Positions 18,503 through 29,719 are shown, counted from the stretch's first letter. The stretch is DNA of 50,479 nucleotides from an uncultured Litorivicinus sp. (GCA_938091715.1 CALKMT010000123.1:1-50479); one strand, 5' to 3'. Notes: a model not told the origin generated them from the sequence alone. Numbers and translations: made by a program.

Positions 18503-19246
18503 TCATCGCGGCGTCAGATAGGTGCTGGCCCAGTAACTGAACCATTGGGCCTGCTCGATTCCCCGCCGCCCGCTGGGGTCGACGGCCTCGATGACCACCG
18601 CGTCCAGTAATGCAGGTACCCCGGGCACCAGATCTAAAGCCACCCGCCCCTGTGCATCGGTGCGTTCAATGCGCTGTTGTTGGCCCTGAAACAGGATCAC
18701 CTGATGCCCGGCCAAGGGCGCTTGCTGATAAAACAGGGTTGCAGCGCTTTGATCCGCATCGACCACAAACTCGATCCGTAATCCGTCCTGCGCGTCGTTT
18801 TGAAATTTTCCAACCAGCAATTTGGCATGCCGGCTGTAGGCTTCGACTATTCGTCCCGACAGCCCCCGTGCCTGATGCTGGGCATACAGATCCGGATACC
18901 CCTTGTGCTGACCAAAGGCCTGAAACTTGTCCGAATTCGAGTAGCGCAGTAGCTCAGGTTGAGACTCGTACACCACTCGGTCTCCGGCCGACACCGACTC
19001 CAGACTGATAGCCGGAATGTCGCCGTAGCGGCTTTGAATGGGCTGAGCACCCTGATCAGTAATCCACTCGGCCCGGACAACGTTGGTCGGAATCCATACC
19101 CCGCGGCTGCCACTGAAATCCTGGCCCACTACTAAATCAACCTGATATGGCGAGCCCTCCAGGCTCCGGGGTTCCAGCCACATCTCGTGGGCTGAACAGG
19201 ACAGGCTAAGCCCAAAAAGAAAAATGGGAATCATCAATGACTTCAT
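18503..19246 (-). CDS. DUF4198-type periplasmic protein (metal-uptake associated)
   Basis: Signal peptide then AHEMWLEP; TDAQGRV; C-terminal WFSYWAS. Confidence 0.72.
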   Translation of the reverse strand: MKSLMIPIFLFGLSLSCSAHEMWLEPRSLEGSPYQVDLVVGQDFSGSRGVWIPTNVVRAEWITDQGAQPIQSRYGDIPAISLESVSAGDRVVYESQPELLRYSNSDKFQAFGQHKGYPDLYAQHQARGLSGRIVEAYSRHAKLLVGKFQNDAQDGLRIEFVVDADQSAATLFYQQAPLAGHQVILFQGQQQRIERTDAQGRVALDLVPGVPALLDAVVIEAVDPSGRRGIEQAQWFSYWASTYLTPR

Positions 19247-19285
19247 GGATACTGCCGGAAAAATTGTAAGTAAGTTTTAAACACC

Positions 19286-20359
19286 ATGCGTTTTTTACGG
19301 TCCCTTTGCAAAGTATTCACACTGGCCTGGATCGCGCCGGTTCTGGCCCACGAAATCAATCCCATCGTGGTCGATGTTAACCGCGATGATCGTCACAACG
19401 TCACGCTGCGACTGAATCTAGAATCCGTTCTATCCGGGGTTGATTTGAGACTTGGTGGCAACACCGATGACCTGCCCGGCGCACAGCGTTACGATCAGGC
19501 CCGGGCGCTATCAGATGAGCAATTGGTGCAGGCCTTTGAAGGTCAGTTGCCAAATGCTTGGGCCTTGTTAGGGGTCCAGGGCCAGGTGTTGGATTATCAA
19601 ATCCAAATCGAGTCGCAAAGCGACCTGGAGCTGCCCCGCCCCGCCACCCTGGCGATCGAATTAGAGCCCCCACGGCCTTGGATTTGGCAGGCCGATCCTA
19701 GGTTGGGCGAGTTCGTGATTCGGGACCAGTCTGAGCGCGCTTACACGGCACTGCTGGCACCGGGACAAGCATCAAATCCTTTGGATCAGCAAGTCAGTGC
19801 GCGGGATCAATTTGTCACCTATGTATTGAGCGGCATCGACCACATTGTGCCCAAGGGGCTGGACCACATCCTGTTTGTGATCGGCTTGTTTTTGTTCAGT
19901 GCCCATTGGAAACCCTTATTGGCCCAGGTCTCTGTGTTTACCCTGGCCCACACGGTCACTCTGGCCCTGGCGTCTTTAGGCATTGTGGTGATCGCACCGG
20001 CTATTGTTGAGCCCCTGATTGCCCTGTCAATTTTGTACATCGCCGTTGAAAACCTGTTACCCAAACGACCGTTATCACGACGTTTGTGGTTGGTGCTGGT
20101 GTTTGGCTTGTTGCACGGCCTGGGCTTTGCCAGCGTATTGCAGGAATTTGGCCTGGGCGGGGAATATTTCGTACTCAGTCTGGTCGGCTTTAACCTAGGT
20201 GTTGAGCTGGGCCAGCTACTGGTATTGGCGCCGCTGATGCTGGTATTGGGCACCTGGGCACACCGGCAGCCTTGGTATCGGGGGTTGGTCCAGATACCCG
20301 CGTCCTTGGTGATTGGCTCGATCGGGGCGCTGTGGACCTTTGAACGGGTGATGGGCTAG
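19286..20359 (+). CDS. HupE/UreJ family protein with periplasmic N-terminal domain
   Basis: Signal peptide then AHE; GIDHI..GLDHILF, FTLAHTVTL, VEPLIALSI, FGLLHGLGFA, GFNLGVELGQ. Confidence 0.88.
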   Translation: MRFLRSLCKVFTLAWIAPVLAHEINPIVVDVNRDDRHNVTLRLNLESVLSGVDLRLGGNTDDLPGAQRYDQARALSDEQLVQAFEGQLPNAWALLGVQGQVLDYQIQIESQSDLELPRPATLAIELEPPRPWIWQADPRLGEFVIRDQSERAYTALLAPGQASNPLDQQVSARDQFVTYVLSGIDHIVPKGLDHILFVIGLFLFSAHWKPLLAQVSVFTLAHTVTLALASLGIVVIAPAIVEPLIALSILYIAVENLLPKRPLSRRLWLVLVFGLLHGLGFASVLQEFGLGGEYFVLSLVGFNLGVELGQLLVLAPLMLVLGTWAHRQPWYRGLVQIPASLVIGSIGALWTFERVMG

Positions 20360-20379
20360 CTACCTAGCCCATCCATGCC

Positions 20380-22659
20380 TCAGTTAACCGAGGCAGCCTT
20401 CTCGTTGGACTCGTACTGAATGTCCAACTCGCCATCTTTGACGCCCACGTGCACCGTTCCACCTTTGGCCAATCGACCAAACAAGAGCTCTTCGGCCATC
20501 GGACGCTTTAACTGGTCCTGAATCAGACGAGCCATGGGACGCGCGCCCATGCTGGGCTCGTAGCCACGCTCGGCGAACCAGAGTCGCGCCTCGTCGTCCA
20601 ACTCCAAGTGCACACGACGCTCGTCTAGTTGTCCTTGCAGCTCAGCCACGAACTTGTCGACCACCCCGACGATGACTTCACTGGGCAACGGACGGAACTG
20701 GATTATCGCATCCAGACGGTTACGGAACTCTGGCGTAAACATCCGGTTCAGCGCTTCCATTCCGTCGGTGGAGTGATCCTGCTCGGTGAAACCAATGGAG
20801 CGACGGGCGGTTTCGTGCGCGCCGGCGTTAGACGTCATGACCAAGATCACCTGGCGGAAATCCGCCTTGCGGCCGTTATTGTCGGTCAGGGTTCCATGGT
20901 CCATGACCTGCAACAGCAGGTTAAAGACCTCGGGGTGAGCCTTTTCGATCTCGTCCAGCAGCAGCACACAGTGCGGATTCTTGGTCACGGCTTCGGTCAG
21001 CAAACCACCTTGGTCATAGCCAACATAGCCTGGCGGCGCACCAATCAATCGGGACACCGTGTGACGCTCCATGTACTCGGACATATCAAAACGCACCAGC
21101 TCGACGCCCATTTGCCGGGCCAATTGCTTGGTCACCTCGGTCTTACCCACACCGGTCGGACCTGAGAACAGGAAGCTGCCGATCGGCTTGCCTTCCTGGC
21201 GCAGTCCCGCCCGGGCTAATTTGATCGCACTGGATAGCTGCTCGATCGCGTTGTCCTGGCCAAACACCGTCATTTTCAAGTCGCGCTCGAGGTTTTTCAG
21301 TACCTCGGTGTCGTTGCGGCTGACCGATTTCGGGGGGATCCGAGCGATTTTCGCTACCACCGCCTCGATCTCACTCTGGCCGATGGTCTTCTTGCGCTTG
21401 CTGGCAGGCAACATGCGTTGCATCGCTCCCGCCTCGTCGATCACATCGATGGCCTTGTCGGGCAACTGACGGTCATTAATGTAGCGATCCGCCAACTCGG
21501 CAGCCGAGGCCAAGGCCTTCTTGCTGTACTTAATGTCGTGGTGCTCTTCAAAGCGCGACCGCAGACCCTCGAGGATTTTTACGGTATCCGGAACCGAGGG
21601 CTCCATCACGTCAACTTTCTGGAAGCGTCGGGCCAAGGCGCGATCTTTTTCAAAGATGCCGCGGTATTCCTGGAAGGTCGTCGAGCCAACACAACGAATC
21701 TGTCCGCCGGACAACAAGGGCTTCAACAGGTTTGAGGCATCCATTACCCCGCCCGAAGCCGCACCGGCACCGATAATGGTGTGGATCTCGTCGATAAACA
21801 GAATCGCATGGGGTTGGCGTTTCAGTTCGTTCAACAGGGCTTTGAGGCGTTTCTCAAAATCCCCGCGGTATTTGGTGCCAGCCAGCAAGGCACCCAAGTC
21901 CAGCGAGTAAACCACCGCTGCCTCGATGACCTCGGGCACTTCTTTTTGTTCAATCAGATAGGCCAGGCCTTCGGCAATAGCGGTCTTGCCCACGCCCGCC
22001 TCGCCCACCAGCAACGGGTTGTTCTTGCGACGGCGCGATAGCGTTTGAATAACCCGTTGGACCTCGTGATCACGACCGATTAACGGGTCGATGCGGCCCT
22101 CTTTGACTTCCTGGTTCAGGTTCGTGGCGTAGTTCTCCAACGGCCCTTTGTCCGCTTTGCCCTCGGACTCCTCGACGCCGCCGACCGATTCTGAGCCACT
22201 GTCCATGGGCGCCTCGTTGTCAGACAGCTTTGAGATGCCGTGGCTGATGAAGTTGACCACGTCAATGCGCTGAATCTGTTGCTGCTTTAAGAAAAACACC
22301 GCTTGAGATTCAGACTCGCTGAAAATTGCGACCAGCACATTAGCGCCAGAGACTTCACTCTTGCCGCTGGACTGGACGTGGAATACGGCCCGTTGCAATA
22401 CCCGCTGAAAGCCCAGGGTCGGTTGCGTCTCGCGATCTCGTTCAGAAGCCGGAATCAGCGGAGTGGTCGCGTCGACAAAATCCTGAAGCTCCTTGCGCAA
22501 GGACGCCAGGTCGGCGCCACAGGCGGTCAGCACTTCGACCGCTGCGTCGTTATCCAACAGAGCCAGTAGCAGATGTTCGACCGTCATAAACTCGTGACGC
22601 TTGGTCCGGGCGTCTTTGAATGCCAGATTGAGGGTAACCTCGAGCTCTTTGCTTAACAT
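20380..22659 (-). CDS. clpA: ATP-dependent Clp protease ATP-binding subunit ClpA
   Basis: HEFMTVEHLLLAL, two AAA+ modules (GEAGVGKT, GPTGVGKT); downstream of clpS. Confidence 0.97.
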   Translation of the reverse strand: MLSKELEVTLNLAFKDARTKRHEFMTVEHLLLALLDNDAAVEVLTACGADLASLRKELQDFVDATTPLIPASERDRETQPTLGFQRVLQRAVFHVQSSGKSEVSGANVLVAIFSESESQAVFFLKQQQIQRIDVVNFISHGISKLSDNEAPMDSGSESVGGVEESEGKADKGPLENYATNLNQEVKEGRIDPLIGRDHEVQRVIQTLSRRRKNNPLLVGEAGVGKTAIAEGLAYLIEQKEVPEVIEAAVVYSLDLGALLAGTKYRGDFEKRLKALLNELKRQPHAILFIDEIHTIIGAGAASGGVMDASNLLKPLLSGGQIRCVGSTTFQEYRGIFEKDRALARRFQKVDVMEPSVPDTVKILEGLRSRFEEHHDIKYSKKALASAAELADRYINDRQLPDKAIDVIDEAGAMQRMLPASKRKKTIGQSEIEAVVAKIARIPPKSVSRNDTEVLKNLERDLKMTVFGQDNAIEQLSSAIKLARAGLRQEGKPIGSFLFSGPTGVGKTEVTKQLARQMGVELVRFDMSEYMERHTVSRLIGAPPGYVGYDQGGLLTEAVTKNPHCVLLLDEIEKAHPEVFNLLLQVMDHGTLTDNNGRKADFRQVILVMTSNAGAHETARRSIGFTEQDHSTDGMEALNRMFTPEFRNRLDAIIQFRPLPSEVIVGVVDKFVAELQGQLDERRVHLELDDEARLWFAERGYEPSMGARPMARLIQDQLKRPMAEELLFGRLAKGGTVHVGVKDGELDIQYESNEKAASVN

Positions 22660-22671
22660 CGTTTCTCCAGC

Positions 22672-23016
22672 CTATTCGTCGTCTTCACAGGGTTCGACCT
22701 CGGCCATCAGCGGGTGCTGATGCTCTTTGGCGTATTGAACCACCTGCGCTGCTTTGGTTTCTGCAATATCCCGGGGAAAAACCCCACAGACACCCATGCC
22801 TTTGGTGTGCACGGCCAACATGACCTGCGTGGCCTGCTCGGGCCCCATGCCGAAAAAAATCTCTAGTACGTGAACGACAAAATCCATCGGAGTGTAGTCG
22901 TCGTTCATCAACAGGACCTTGTACAGCGGGGGGCGCTTTAACTTGGGTTGCGCCTCGGCGGTCGCGGTATTCCCCTGCCCCTCTTGCTCGTCCTGCATGT
23001 AAATCTGTTGTATCAC
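22672..23016 (-). CDS. clpS: Clp protease adaptor ClpS
   Basis: [23 protein letters not shown]; start GTG 23016 or ATG 22998. Confidence 0.95.
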   Translation of the reverse strand: MIQQIYMQDEQEGQGNTATAEAQPKLKRPPLYKVLLMNDDYTPMDFVVHVLEIFFGMGPEQATQVMLAVHTKGMGVCGVFPRDIAETKAAQVVQYAKEHQHPLMAEVEPCEDDE

Positions 23017-23145
23017 GATTGGCGCTTACCTGATTTTCCTTCAGTCCCTCAATTATGGGGTTTCGCCGGTCAATTGAAAGCACCCATAGAGCCTAGTCGT
23101 ATAGGACGCCTTGCCGGGTCTTGTGACATCAGTCTGTGACCGGCT

Positions 23146-23604
23146 TCAAATGGCCAAAGTCGACTCGTCTTTTAGCGTTTCCATGACCACATAGGTGTGG
23201 GTCGAACGCACGTCGGGAAGTTGCGTTAGCACCTCGCCCAGAAATCGTCGGTACTCGTGAATATCTCGCCCGCGCACTTTAAGCAGGTAGTCAAATCCTC
23301 CGGCCACCATGAAGCAACTCTGGACCTCAGGCAGCTCGCGAACTGCCTTGGCAAAGGCCTGGAAAACGGTCTGATCCGAGTGATTAAGCGTTACCTCGAC
23401 AAATACCACGTGATCCAGCCCCAGGGCTTTGGCATTTAATAACGCTCGATAGCCGGCAATCAGACCTGTCTTTTCGAGCTTTTTTACCCGCTCTGCGCAG
23501 GCCGAAACCGACAACGCCACCTGTTCGGCCAGGGCACGATGGCTTTGACGGCCATCGCGCTGAATCAGGTTGAGGATTTTTCGGTCAATGACATCAATAT
23601 CCAT
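23146..23604 (-). CDS. Lrp/AsnC family regulator (PutR-like)
   Basis: DRKILNLIQRDGR HTH, GGFDYLLKV, THTYVVME; divergent from putA. Confidence 0.9.
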   Translation of the reverse strand: MDIDVIDRKILNLIQRDGRQSHRALAEQVALSVSACAERVKKLEKTGLIAGYRALLNAKALGLDHVVFVEVTLNHSDQTVFQAFAKAVRELPEVQSCFMVAGGFDYLLKVRGRDIHEYRRFLGEVLTQLPDVRSTHTYVVMETLKDESTLAI

Positions 23605-23717
23605 AATTTAACTCAAGGTCTTCTAATAATTCAGGGAATATTCCTGACAAATACCAAGTTTTCAATGAAATCTAAATTTTTCCCTATCTACACTGGCCTC
23701 CTATCCAGGAGACGCCC

Positions 23718-26618
23718 ATGTTTGACGCCCACTTTGATCTTGACGACGCCGACGCCTTACCTCGCAGCCAGCCCCTGACCCCACACACCCGTGAGCAGGC
23801 CGCTCAGTGGATTCGGCAAATTCGTGCCGAACAGGACCAGCAAGGACCGGTCGCTGCCCTGTTGCAGGAATACAGCCTGTCCAGCGAAGAAGGCGTGGCA
23901 CTCTTGTGCATTGCCGAGTGCATCCTGCGTATCCCAGACCAAGCCACCGTGGACAATTTGCTGCAATCCAAACTGGCTGGCCTGGATTGGCAAGCGCACG
24001 CCGGCAACAGCGCGCATTGGTTTGTTAATGCCTCCACCGCCGCGCTGTTAGTGACGGGCAAGGTGCTGGACACCGAACCCGCTGGCGCCTGGCGAGGACT
24101 GGTTCAGCGCCTGGGCGAACCGGTCATTCGCAGCGCAGTTCAGCGTGCCGTGCGAGTCTTGGGCGGGCAATTTGTCTATCACCATAAAATCGAGGGCGCC
24201 TGCAAAAAATCCAAGACCGAGCTGACCAGCTTTGACATGCTCGGCGAAGCGGCGATGACCGAGCAGGATGCGCAGTACTACATCGAGCAATACCGGCATG
24301 CCATCGCAATCACAGGTCGCATGGCCCGGGAAGGCGAGCTGACTGCGCGTAACGGAATCAGCATCAAGTTATCCGCATTGCATCCAAGATTTGAACCCCG
24401 CCAACACCATCAAGATGAGCTATACCGGCGGCTCAAGCCGCTGGTCATGGATGCCGCTGCATTGGGAATTCCGCTGTGCATCGATGCCGAAGAGACCGAA
24501 CGTCTGCCCTTGCAGTTAGACATGCTGGAACGCTTGGCCATGGATCCAGATCTGGCCGACTACCGGGGACTGGGGCTGGCCATTCAGGCCTATCACAAGG
24601 CTGCCTTGGCCACCTGCGAATGGGTCGTTGAACTGGCTAAAACTACTCGGCGCCGCCTGACGCCTCGACTGGTCAAGGGGGCGTACTGGGACGCCGAAGT
24701 TAAAAAAGCCCAGGTCCTGGGCCTTGCGCATTACCCCGTTTGGACCTGCAAAGCCGACACCGACGTCAATTACCTGGCCTGTGCCGAGACCCTGCTGGCC
24801 GGTCGACCCTTTGTCTATCCCGGCTTTGCGACCCACAACGCGCTAAGTGTCGCGGCCATTCTGCAATACGCCGCCCAGCCCCACGGCTTTGAATTCCAGC
24901 GCCTGCACGGCATGGGGGACAGCCTATTTAATGCCGTGACCGACGCGGTACCGGTGCGCATTTACGCCCCAGTCGGCCCGCACAAGGACCTGCTGGCCTA
25001 TCTGGTGCGACGACTGCTCGAAAACGGCGCCAACTCAAGCTTTGTCCACCAAATGGCCGATCCAAACTGCTCGATTGATCATCTGACCTGCGACCCCAGA
25101 ACCCTGACCGAGCCCACCTTGCCGCCACCGCATGATCTGTTCGGTACTCGCCAAAACAGTCGCGGCTTGAATCTAGATTACGCCGGACATCTAAAGCGTA
25201 TACAAGACGCCCAGGCCCCTGATATTCAAGCGCCGTGGTTTAGCGCGGATGAGGCACTTGCGCGACTGGATCAAGCCCATCAGGCCCTGCCCCAATGGCG
25301 TGGCTTGAGCATGGAGGCCCGAGCCGATCTGATCGAAAAAGCCGCGGACTTGATCGAAGACAAAACCGAGTCTTTTGTTCGTTTGATCGCCCAAGAAGCT
25401 GGTAGAACCTGGCAGGATGGACTGTCCGAGGTGCGCGAGGGCGTAGACTTTTTGCGCTATTACGCAGACCAAGCCCGGAAGATGAACGCGCCGGTAGAGC
25501 TGCCCGGACCGACCGGCGAAAGCAATCGCTACTGGGTTCAGGGCAAGGGGGTGTTTGTGTGCATCGCCCCGTGGAACTTCCCGCTGGCGATTTTCGTCGG
25601 ACAGGTGTCCGCTGCGCTGGTGACCGGCAACACCGTGCTGGCCAAACCCGCCGAAGCGACGCCACGTACTGCAGCCTATGCCTGCAAGCTGTTGCACGCC
25701 GCGGGTATCCCAGAATCCGTGCTGCATTGCCTACCCGGCAGCGGCCCCGAGCTGGGCCAGGCACTGATCAACGATCCAAGGGTCGCCGGGGTGGCCTTTA
25801 CCGGGTCAACCGCAACGGCTCGGCACATCAACTTAACCCTAGCCCAGCGACCGGGCCCAATCGGCACGCTGATTGCTGAAACCGGCGGCATCAATGCCCT
25901 GATTGTGGACAGCTCCGCCTTGCCTGAACAGGTGACCCGGGACGTGTTGGCCGGCGCCTTCCAAAGCGCGGGGCAGCGTTGTTCAGCGCTGCGAGTGCTG
26001 TGCCTGCAAGAGGACATTGCCGCTAGGCAATTGGACATGATTCAGGGGGCCATGGCCTTGCTGACCGTTGGAGATCCCGACGACCCGTCCACCGATGTTG
26101 GCCCGGTCATCGATCTGGCGGCGGCCGACGGTATTCAGGATTACCTGACCCGCATCGAATCCGAAGGCGCGGTGTGCCTAGCCCAGACACCCGCCCCCAA
26201 ACAGGCCAGGTTCGTTGCACCGCAATTGTGGCGCCTGCCAAATAATGCACTGCCCGACCAAGAGGTATTTGGCCCGATCTTGCATGTGGTGACCTATAAG
26301 ACTGGCGAGATGGATCAGTTAATCGAGCAAATCAATGCCATGGAGTACAGCCTAACCTGTGCCCTGCACACCCGTAGTGACCTGCGCCAAGCACGGTTCG
26401 AATCCCTGGCCGCGGCGGGCAATTTGTACATCAATCGCAATCAAATCGGCGCCGTGGTCGCCAGTCAGCCCTTTGGTGGGCATGGGCTGTCCGGCACTGG
26501 CCCCAAGGCTGGCGGACCTTTGTACCTAACCCGATTTATCCATGAGCGAACCCTGTCCATCGACACCACCGCCGCTGGGGGCAATGCGGCCCTGATGGCG
26601 GGCATCTTGAACCACTAA
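23718..26618 (+). CDS. putA: Bifunctional proline dehydrogenase / P5C dehydrogenase PutA
   Basis: SFDMLGEAA, SIKLSAL, RLVKGAYW, FATHN, YLVRRLLENGANSSF, PWNFP, SAGQRCSALR; SD CAGGAG. Confidence 0.96.
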   Translation: MFDAHFDLDDADALPRSQPLTPHTREQAAQWIRQIRAEQDQQGPVAALLQEYSLSSEEGVALLCIAECILRIPDQATVDNLLQSKLAGLDWQAHAGNSAHWFVNASTAALLVTGKVLDTEPAGAWRGLVQRLGEPVIRSAVQRAVRVLGGQFVYHHKIEGACKKSKTELTSFDMLGEAAMTEQDAQYYIEQYRHAIAITGRMAREGELTARNGISIKLSALHPRFEPRQHHQDELYRRLKPLVMDAAALGIPLCIDAEETERLPLQLDMLERLAMDPDLADYRGLGLAIQAYHKAALATCEWVVELAKTTRRRLTPRLVKGAYWDAEVKKAQVLGLAHYPVWTCKADTDVNYLACAETLLAGRPFVYPGFATHNALSVAAILQYAAQPHGFEFQRLHGMGDSLFNAVTDAVPVRIYAPVGPHKDLLAYLVRRLLENGANSSFVHQMADPNCSIDHLTCDPRTLTEPTLPPPHDLFGTRQNSRGLNLDYAGHLKRIQDAQAPDIQAPWFSADEALARLDQAHQALPQWRGLSMEARADLIEKAADLIEDKTESFVRLIAQEAGRTWQDGLSEVREGVDFLRYYADQARKMNAPVELPGPTGESNRYWVQGKGVFVCIAPWNFPLAIFVGQVSAALVTGNTVLAKPAEATPRTAAYACKLLHAAGIPESVLHCLPGSGPELGQALINDPRVAGVAFTGSTATARHINLTLAQRPGPIGTLIAETGGINALIVDSSALPEQVTRDVLAGAFQSAGQRCSALRVLCLQEDIAARQLDMIQGAMALLTVGDPDDPSTDVGPVIDLAAADGIQDYLTRIESEGAVCLAQTPAPKQARFVAPQLWRLPNNALPDQEVFGPILHVVTYKTGEMDQLIEQINAMEYSLTCALHTRSDLRQARFESLAAAGNLYINRNQIGAVVASQPFGGHGLSGTGPKAGGPLYLTRFIHERTLSIDTTAAGGNAALMAGILNH

Positions 26619-26627
26619 ATCTCAGGC

Positions 26628-26655
26628 AAAAAAAACCCGGCCAAGGCCGGGTTTT
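26628..26655. terminator. Intrinsic terminator, probably bidirectional, between convergent putA and icd
   Basis: A8-CCCGGCC-AA-GGCCGGG-TTTT hairpin; gives U8 on the icd strand. Confidence 0.88.
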
Positions 26656-26670
26656 CTGATCAAGCGGGCA

Positions 26671-27927
26671 TTAGCCCATGTGCTTGACGACTTCCTCACC
26701 GAACTCACTGGCTTTCTTCAGCTCAGCACCGTCCATCAGGCGTTCAAAGTCATAGGTCACGGTCTTGGCGCTGATTGCGCCTTCGACACCTTTGATGACC
26801 AGATCGGCTGCTTCGAACCAACCCAGGTGACGCAGCATCATTTCAGCCGACAGGATCAGCGAACCGGGGTTCACCTTGTCCTGACCCGCGTACTTAGGCG
26901 CGGTACCGTGTGTTGCTTCGAACACGCTGATGCCGTCGCCAATGTTGGCGCCGGGTGCGATACCAATACCACCGACCTGCGCCGCCAGGGCGTCAGACAG
27001 ATAGTCACCGTTCAAGTTCAGAGTGGCGATCACGCTGTACTCAGCGGGACGCAACAGGACCTGTTGCAGCATGGCGTCGGCGATCACGTCTTTGATGATG
27101 ATCTCGTTGCCCGTCTTGGGGTTCTTCAGGGTCATCCAGGGACCGCCGTCCAACAACTGTGCGCCGAATTCTTCGGCAGCCAGGGCATAACCGAAGTCCT
27201 TAAAGGCACCTTCGGTGAACTTCATGATGTTGCCCTTGTGAACCAGGGTCACACTGTCTTTGTCGTTGTCGATGGCGTACTGAATGGCACGGCGAACCAA
27301 ACGCTCGGTGCCTTCCTTTGAAACCGGCTTGATGCCGATGCCACAGTCCTGGGGGAAACGGATCTTTTGAACGCCCATTTCGTCTTGCAGGTACTTGATC
27401 AAGCTGTCGGCTTCCGGTGTTCCGGCGGCCCACTCGATGCCTGCGTAGATGTCTTCAGAGTTCTCACGGAAGATGATCATGTCCGTCAACTCAGGCTGCT
27501 TCAGCGGGGAAGGCACGCCATTGAAGTAGCGAACCGGGCGCTCGCAGCTGTACAGGTCAAGTTGCTGACGAATCGCCACGTTCAGCGAACGGATACCGCC
27601 ACCGACCGGGGTGGTCAACGGACCCTTGATGCTGACTTTGAATTCTTTTAGTGCTTCCAATGTTTCTTCGGGCAACCACTGGTCGGCACCGTAAACGTTG
27701 ACCGACTTTTCGCCACAAAACACTTCCATCCAGGAAATCTTCTTGGCGCCGGCGTAGGCTTTCTCTACGGCTGCGTCGATGACGTTGATCATTGGGGGGG
27801 TGACGTCAACACCGATGCCGTCGCCTTCGATGAAGGGGATGATCGGGTTGTTCGGTACGTTCAAAGAGTTATCTGCGTTGACCGTGATCTTGTCACCGGC
27901 CGGTACTTGGATGTGCTGGTATCCCAT
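26671..27927 (-). CDS. icd: NADP-dependent isocitrate dehydrogenase (dimeric)
   Basis: [45 protein letters not shown]. Confidence 0.97.
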   Translation of the reverse strand: MGYQHIQVPAGDKITVNADNSLNVPNNPIIPFIEGDGIGVDVTPPMINVIDAAVEKAYAGAKKISWMEVFCGEKSVNVYGADQWLPEETLEALKEFKVSIKGPLTTPVGGGIRSLNVAIRQQLDLYSCERPVRYFNGVPSPLKQPELTDMIIFRENSEDIYAGIEWAAGTPEADSLIKYLQDEMGVQKIRFPQDCGIGIKPVSKEGTERLVRRAIQYAIDNDKDSVTLVHKGNIMKFTEGAFKDFGYALAAEEFGAQLLDGGPWMTLKNPKTGNEIIIKDVIADAMLQQVLLRPAEYSVIATLNLNGDYLSDALAAQVGGIGIAPGANIGDGISVFEATHGTAPKYAGQDKVNPGSLILSAEMMLRHLGWFEAADLVIKGVEGAISAKTVTYDFERLMDGAELKKASEFGEEVVKHMG

Positions 27928-28039
27928 CCTGTTCTCCCTATTGTTAAATGCATCCGTGGGTGTGGAATGCGGCGCGCGGAGTATATCATTCAGTTATAAG
28001 AAACGCCTGTCTTTATATGCACTTGTTAGGGTAATACTT

Positions 28040-28648
28040 TTGGCGAACCCCATAATTTTATTCAACAAACCCTACGGGATGTTGAGTCAATTTACCTCCG
28101 AGGACGGGCATCCAGGCCTGGCGGAACAACTGAGCCTGCCGAACTATCGTGTCGCTGGCCGGCTGGATCGCGACAGCGAGGGCCTGCTGATCCTGACCGA
28201 CAACGGGGCGATCCAAGCGCGCATCGCAGAGCCGCGATACCGCAGCGTCAAAACTTACTGGGCGCAAGTTGAGGGCACCCCAGATCTGGCCCACTGGACC
28301 GCACCTGTGCAACTCAAAGACGGGGGCGCTCGATTTTTGTCTGCCCGAGTCATTAGCAACCCTGTGCTATGGGATCGGGATCCACCGATTCGTGTACGGG
28401 CATCCATCCCCGACACCTGGGTCTCAGTCACCCTGGACGAGGGCCGTAATCGACAGGTGCGTCGTATGACCGCGGCCCTGGGTCACCCGACCCTGCGGCT
28501 GATCCGTATGGGATCGGGCCCCTTCGAGTTGGACGATCTGCTGCCCGGTGAACAGCGTGCGGTGCCCGTCCCGGCGGCGTGGGAGCACTTGGAATCAAGG
28601 CCCAAGATCGCTAGAGTTCGACGCCCCAAAACACAAGGCCGCAGGTAG
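28040..28648 (+). CDS. rluE: rRNA pseudouridine synthase RluE
   Basis: FNKPYG, AGRLDRDSEGLL, EGRNRQVRRMTAA; position divergent from icd. TTG 28040 start inferred. Confidence 0.85.
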   Translation: MANPIILFNKPYGMLSQFTSEDGHPGLAEQLSLPNYRVAGRLDRDSEGLLILTDNGAIQARIAEPRYRSVKTYWAQVEGTPDLAHWTAPVQLKDGGARFLSARVISNPVLWDRDPPIRVRASIPDTWVSVTLDEGRNRQVRRMTAALGHPTLRLIRMGSGPFELDDLLPGEQRAVPVPAAWEHLESRPKIARVRRPKTQGRR

Positions 28649-28654
28649 CGCAAC

Positions 28655-29719
28655 ATGCATGTCGTGGTAGGAATGTCTGGTGGCGTCGACTCGTCGGTGA
28701 CCGCTTACCTCCTCAAGGAACAGGGCCACCAAGTCACCGGCTTGTTCATGAAGAACTGGGACGAGGACGATGGCACCGAATACTGCACGGCCATCGAGGA
28801 TTTGGCGGACGCACAGGCGGTGGCCGATCATCTGGGAATCGAGTTAAAAAGCGTAAACTTTGCCGCTGAATATTGGGACGAAGTGTTCGAAACCTTTATC
28901 GAGGAATACCAGGCCGGACGCACCCCGAACCCCGATATTCTGTGCAACCGCGAAATCAAATTTAAGGCATTTCTGGATTACGCTCGCGACCTGGGCGCCG
29001 ATTGCATCGCTACCGGTCACTACGTCCGACGCACCCCCGAGGGGCAGTTGCTGCGCGGACTCGATGGCAACAAAGACCAAAGCTATTTTCTGCACGCGCT
29101 GTCCAGTGCACAGGTGTCATCCGCCTTGTTTCCAGTCGGCGAGCTGGCCAAGCCCGAGGTGCGCCAAATTGCCGAGGACCAAGGTTTTGTGACCGCCCGG
29201 AAAAAAGACTCCACCGGGATCTGCTTTATTGGCGAGCGACGCTTTGGGGACTTTTTAAAGCGCTACGTCCACTCCAAACCCGGCCCTATCGTCACGCCAT
29301 CCGGCGACACCGTCGGCCAGCACCAGGGGCTCAGCTTTTACACCCTGGGTCAACGCCAAGGCCTGGGCATCGGTGGCCTACGGGGCTATCCCGACGAGCC
29401 GTGGTTTGTGGCGGACAAAGACATGACCGCCAACGAGTTGATCGCGGTGCAAGGCGCACAGCATCCCCTGTTGATGTCACGCAGCCTATTTGTCGCCGAC
29501 ATGAACTGGATCGGCACAGAACATACCGAGGCACTGCATTGCACCATCAAGGTCCGCTATCGCTCACCCGATGTCGGCTGCACAGCCACGCCTGAAAATG
29601 GCGGCTGGCGCATCACTTTTGATGAACCCGAGTGGGCAGTTACCCCAGGTCAAAGCGCTGTTTTATACGCTGGTGAGGTGTGTTTAGGCGGGGGTGTCAT
29701 TGAAAGCTTCCAGCGCTGA
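28655..29719 (+). CDS. mnmA: tRNA 2-thiouridine(34) synthase MnmA
   Basis: [41 protein letters not shown]. Confidence 0.97.
   Translation: MHVVVGMSGGVDSSVTAYLLKEQGHQVTGLFMKNWDEDDGTEYCTAIEDLADAQAVADHLGIELKSVNFAAEYWDEVFETFIEEYQAGRTPNPDILCNREIKFKAFLDYARDLGADCIATGHYVRRTPEGQLLRGLDGNKDQSYFLHALSSAQVSSALFPVGELAKPEVRQIAEDQGFVTARKKDSTGICFIGERRFGDFLKRYVHSKPGPIVTPSGDTVGQHQGLSFYTLGQRQGLGIGGLRGYPDEPWFVADKDMTANELIAVQGAQHPLLMSRSLFVADMNWIGTEHTEALHCTIKVRYRSPDVGCTATPENGGWRITFDEPEWAVTPGQSAVLYAGEVCLGGGVIESFQR

Noticed and set aside
23121-23140. TGTGAC direct repeat upstream of clpS as a Pho box or CRP site
   Set aside because: Period is 13 bp rather than 11, and it is not the TGTGA-N6-TCACA palindrome.
27779-28039. 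N-terminal extensions in the ORF track (rluE, also mscS, aceK, meaB, pdxA, aldolase, hydrolase)
   Set aside because: They overlap neighbouring genes or lack family similarity; downstream starts with SD sequences or coupling fit better.
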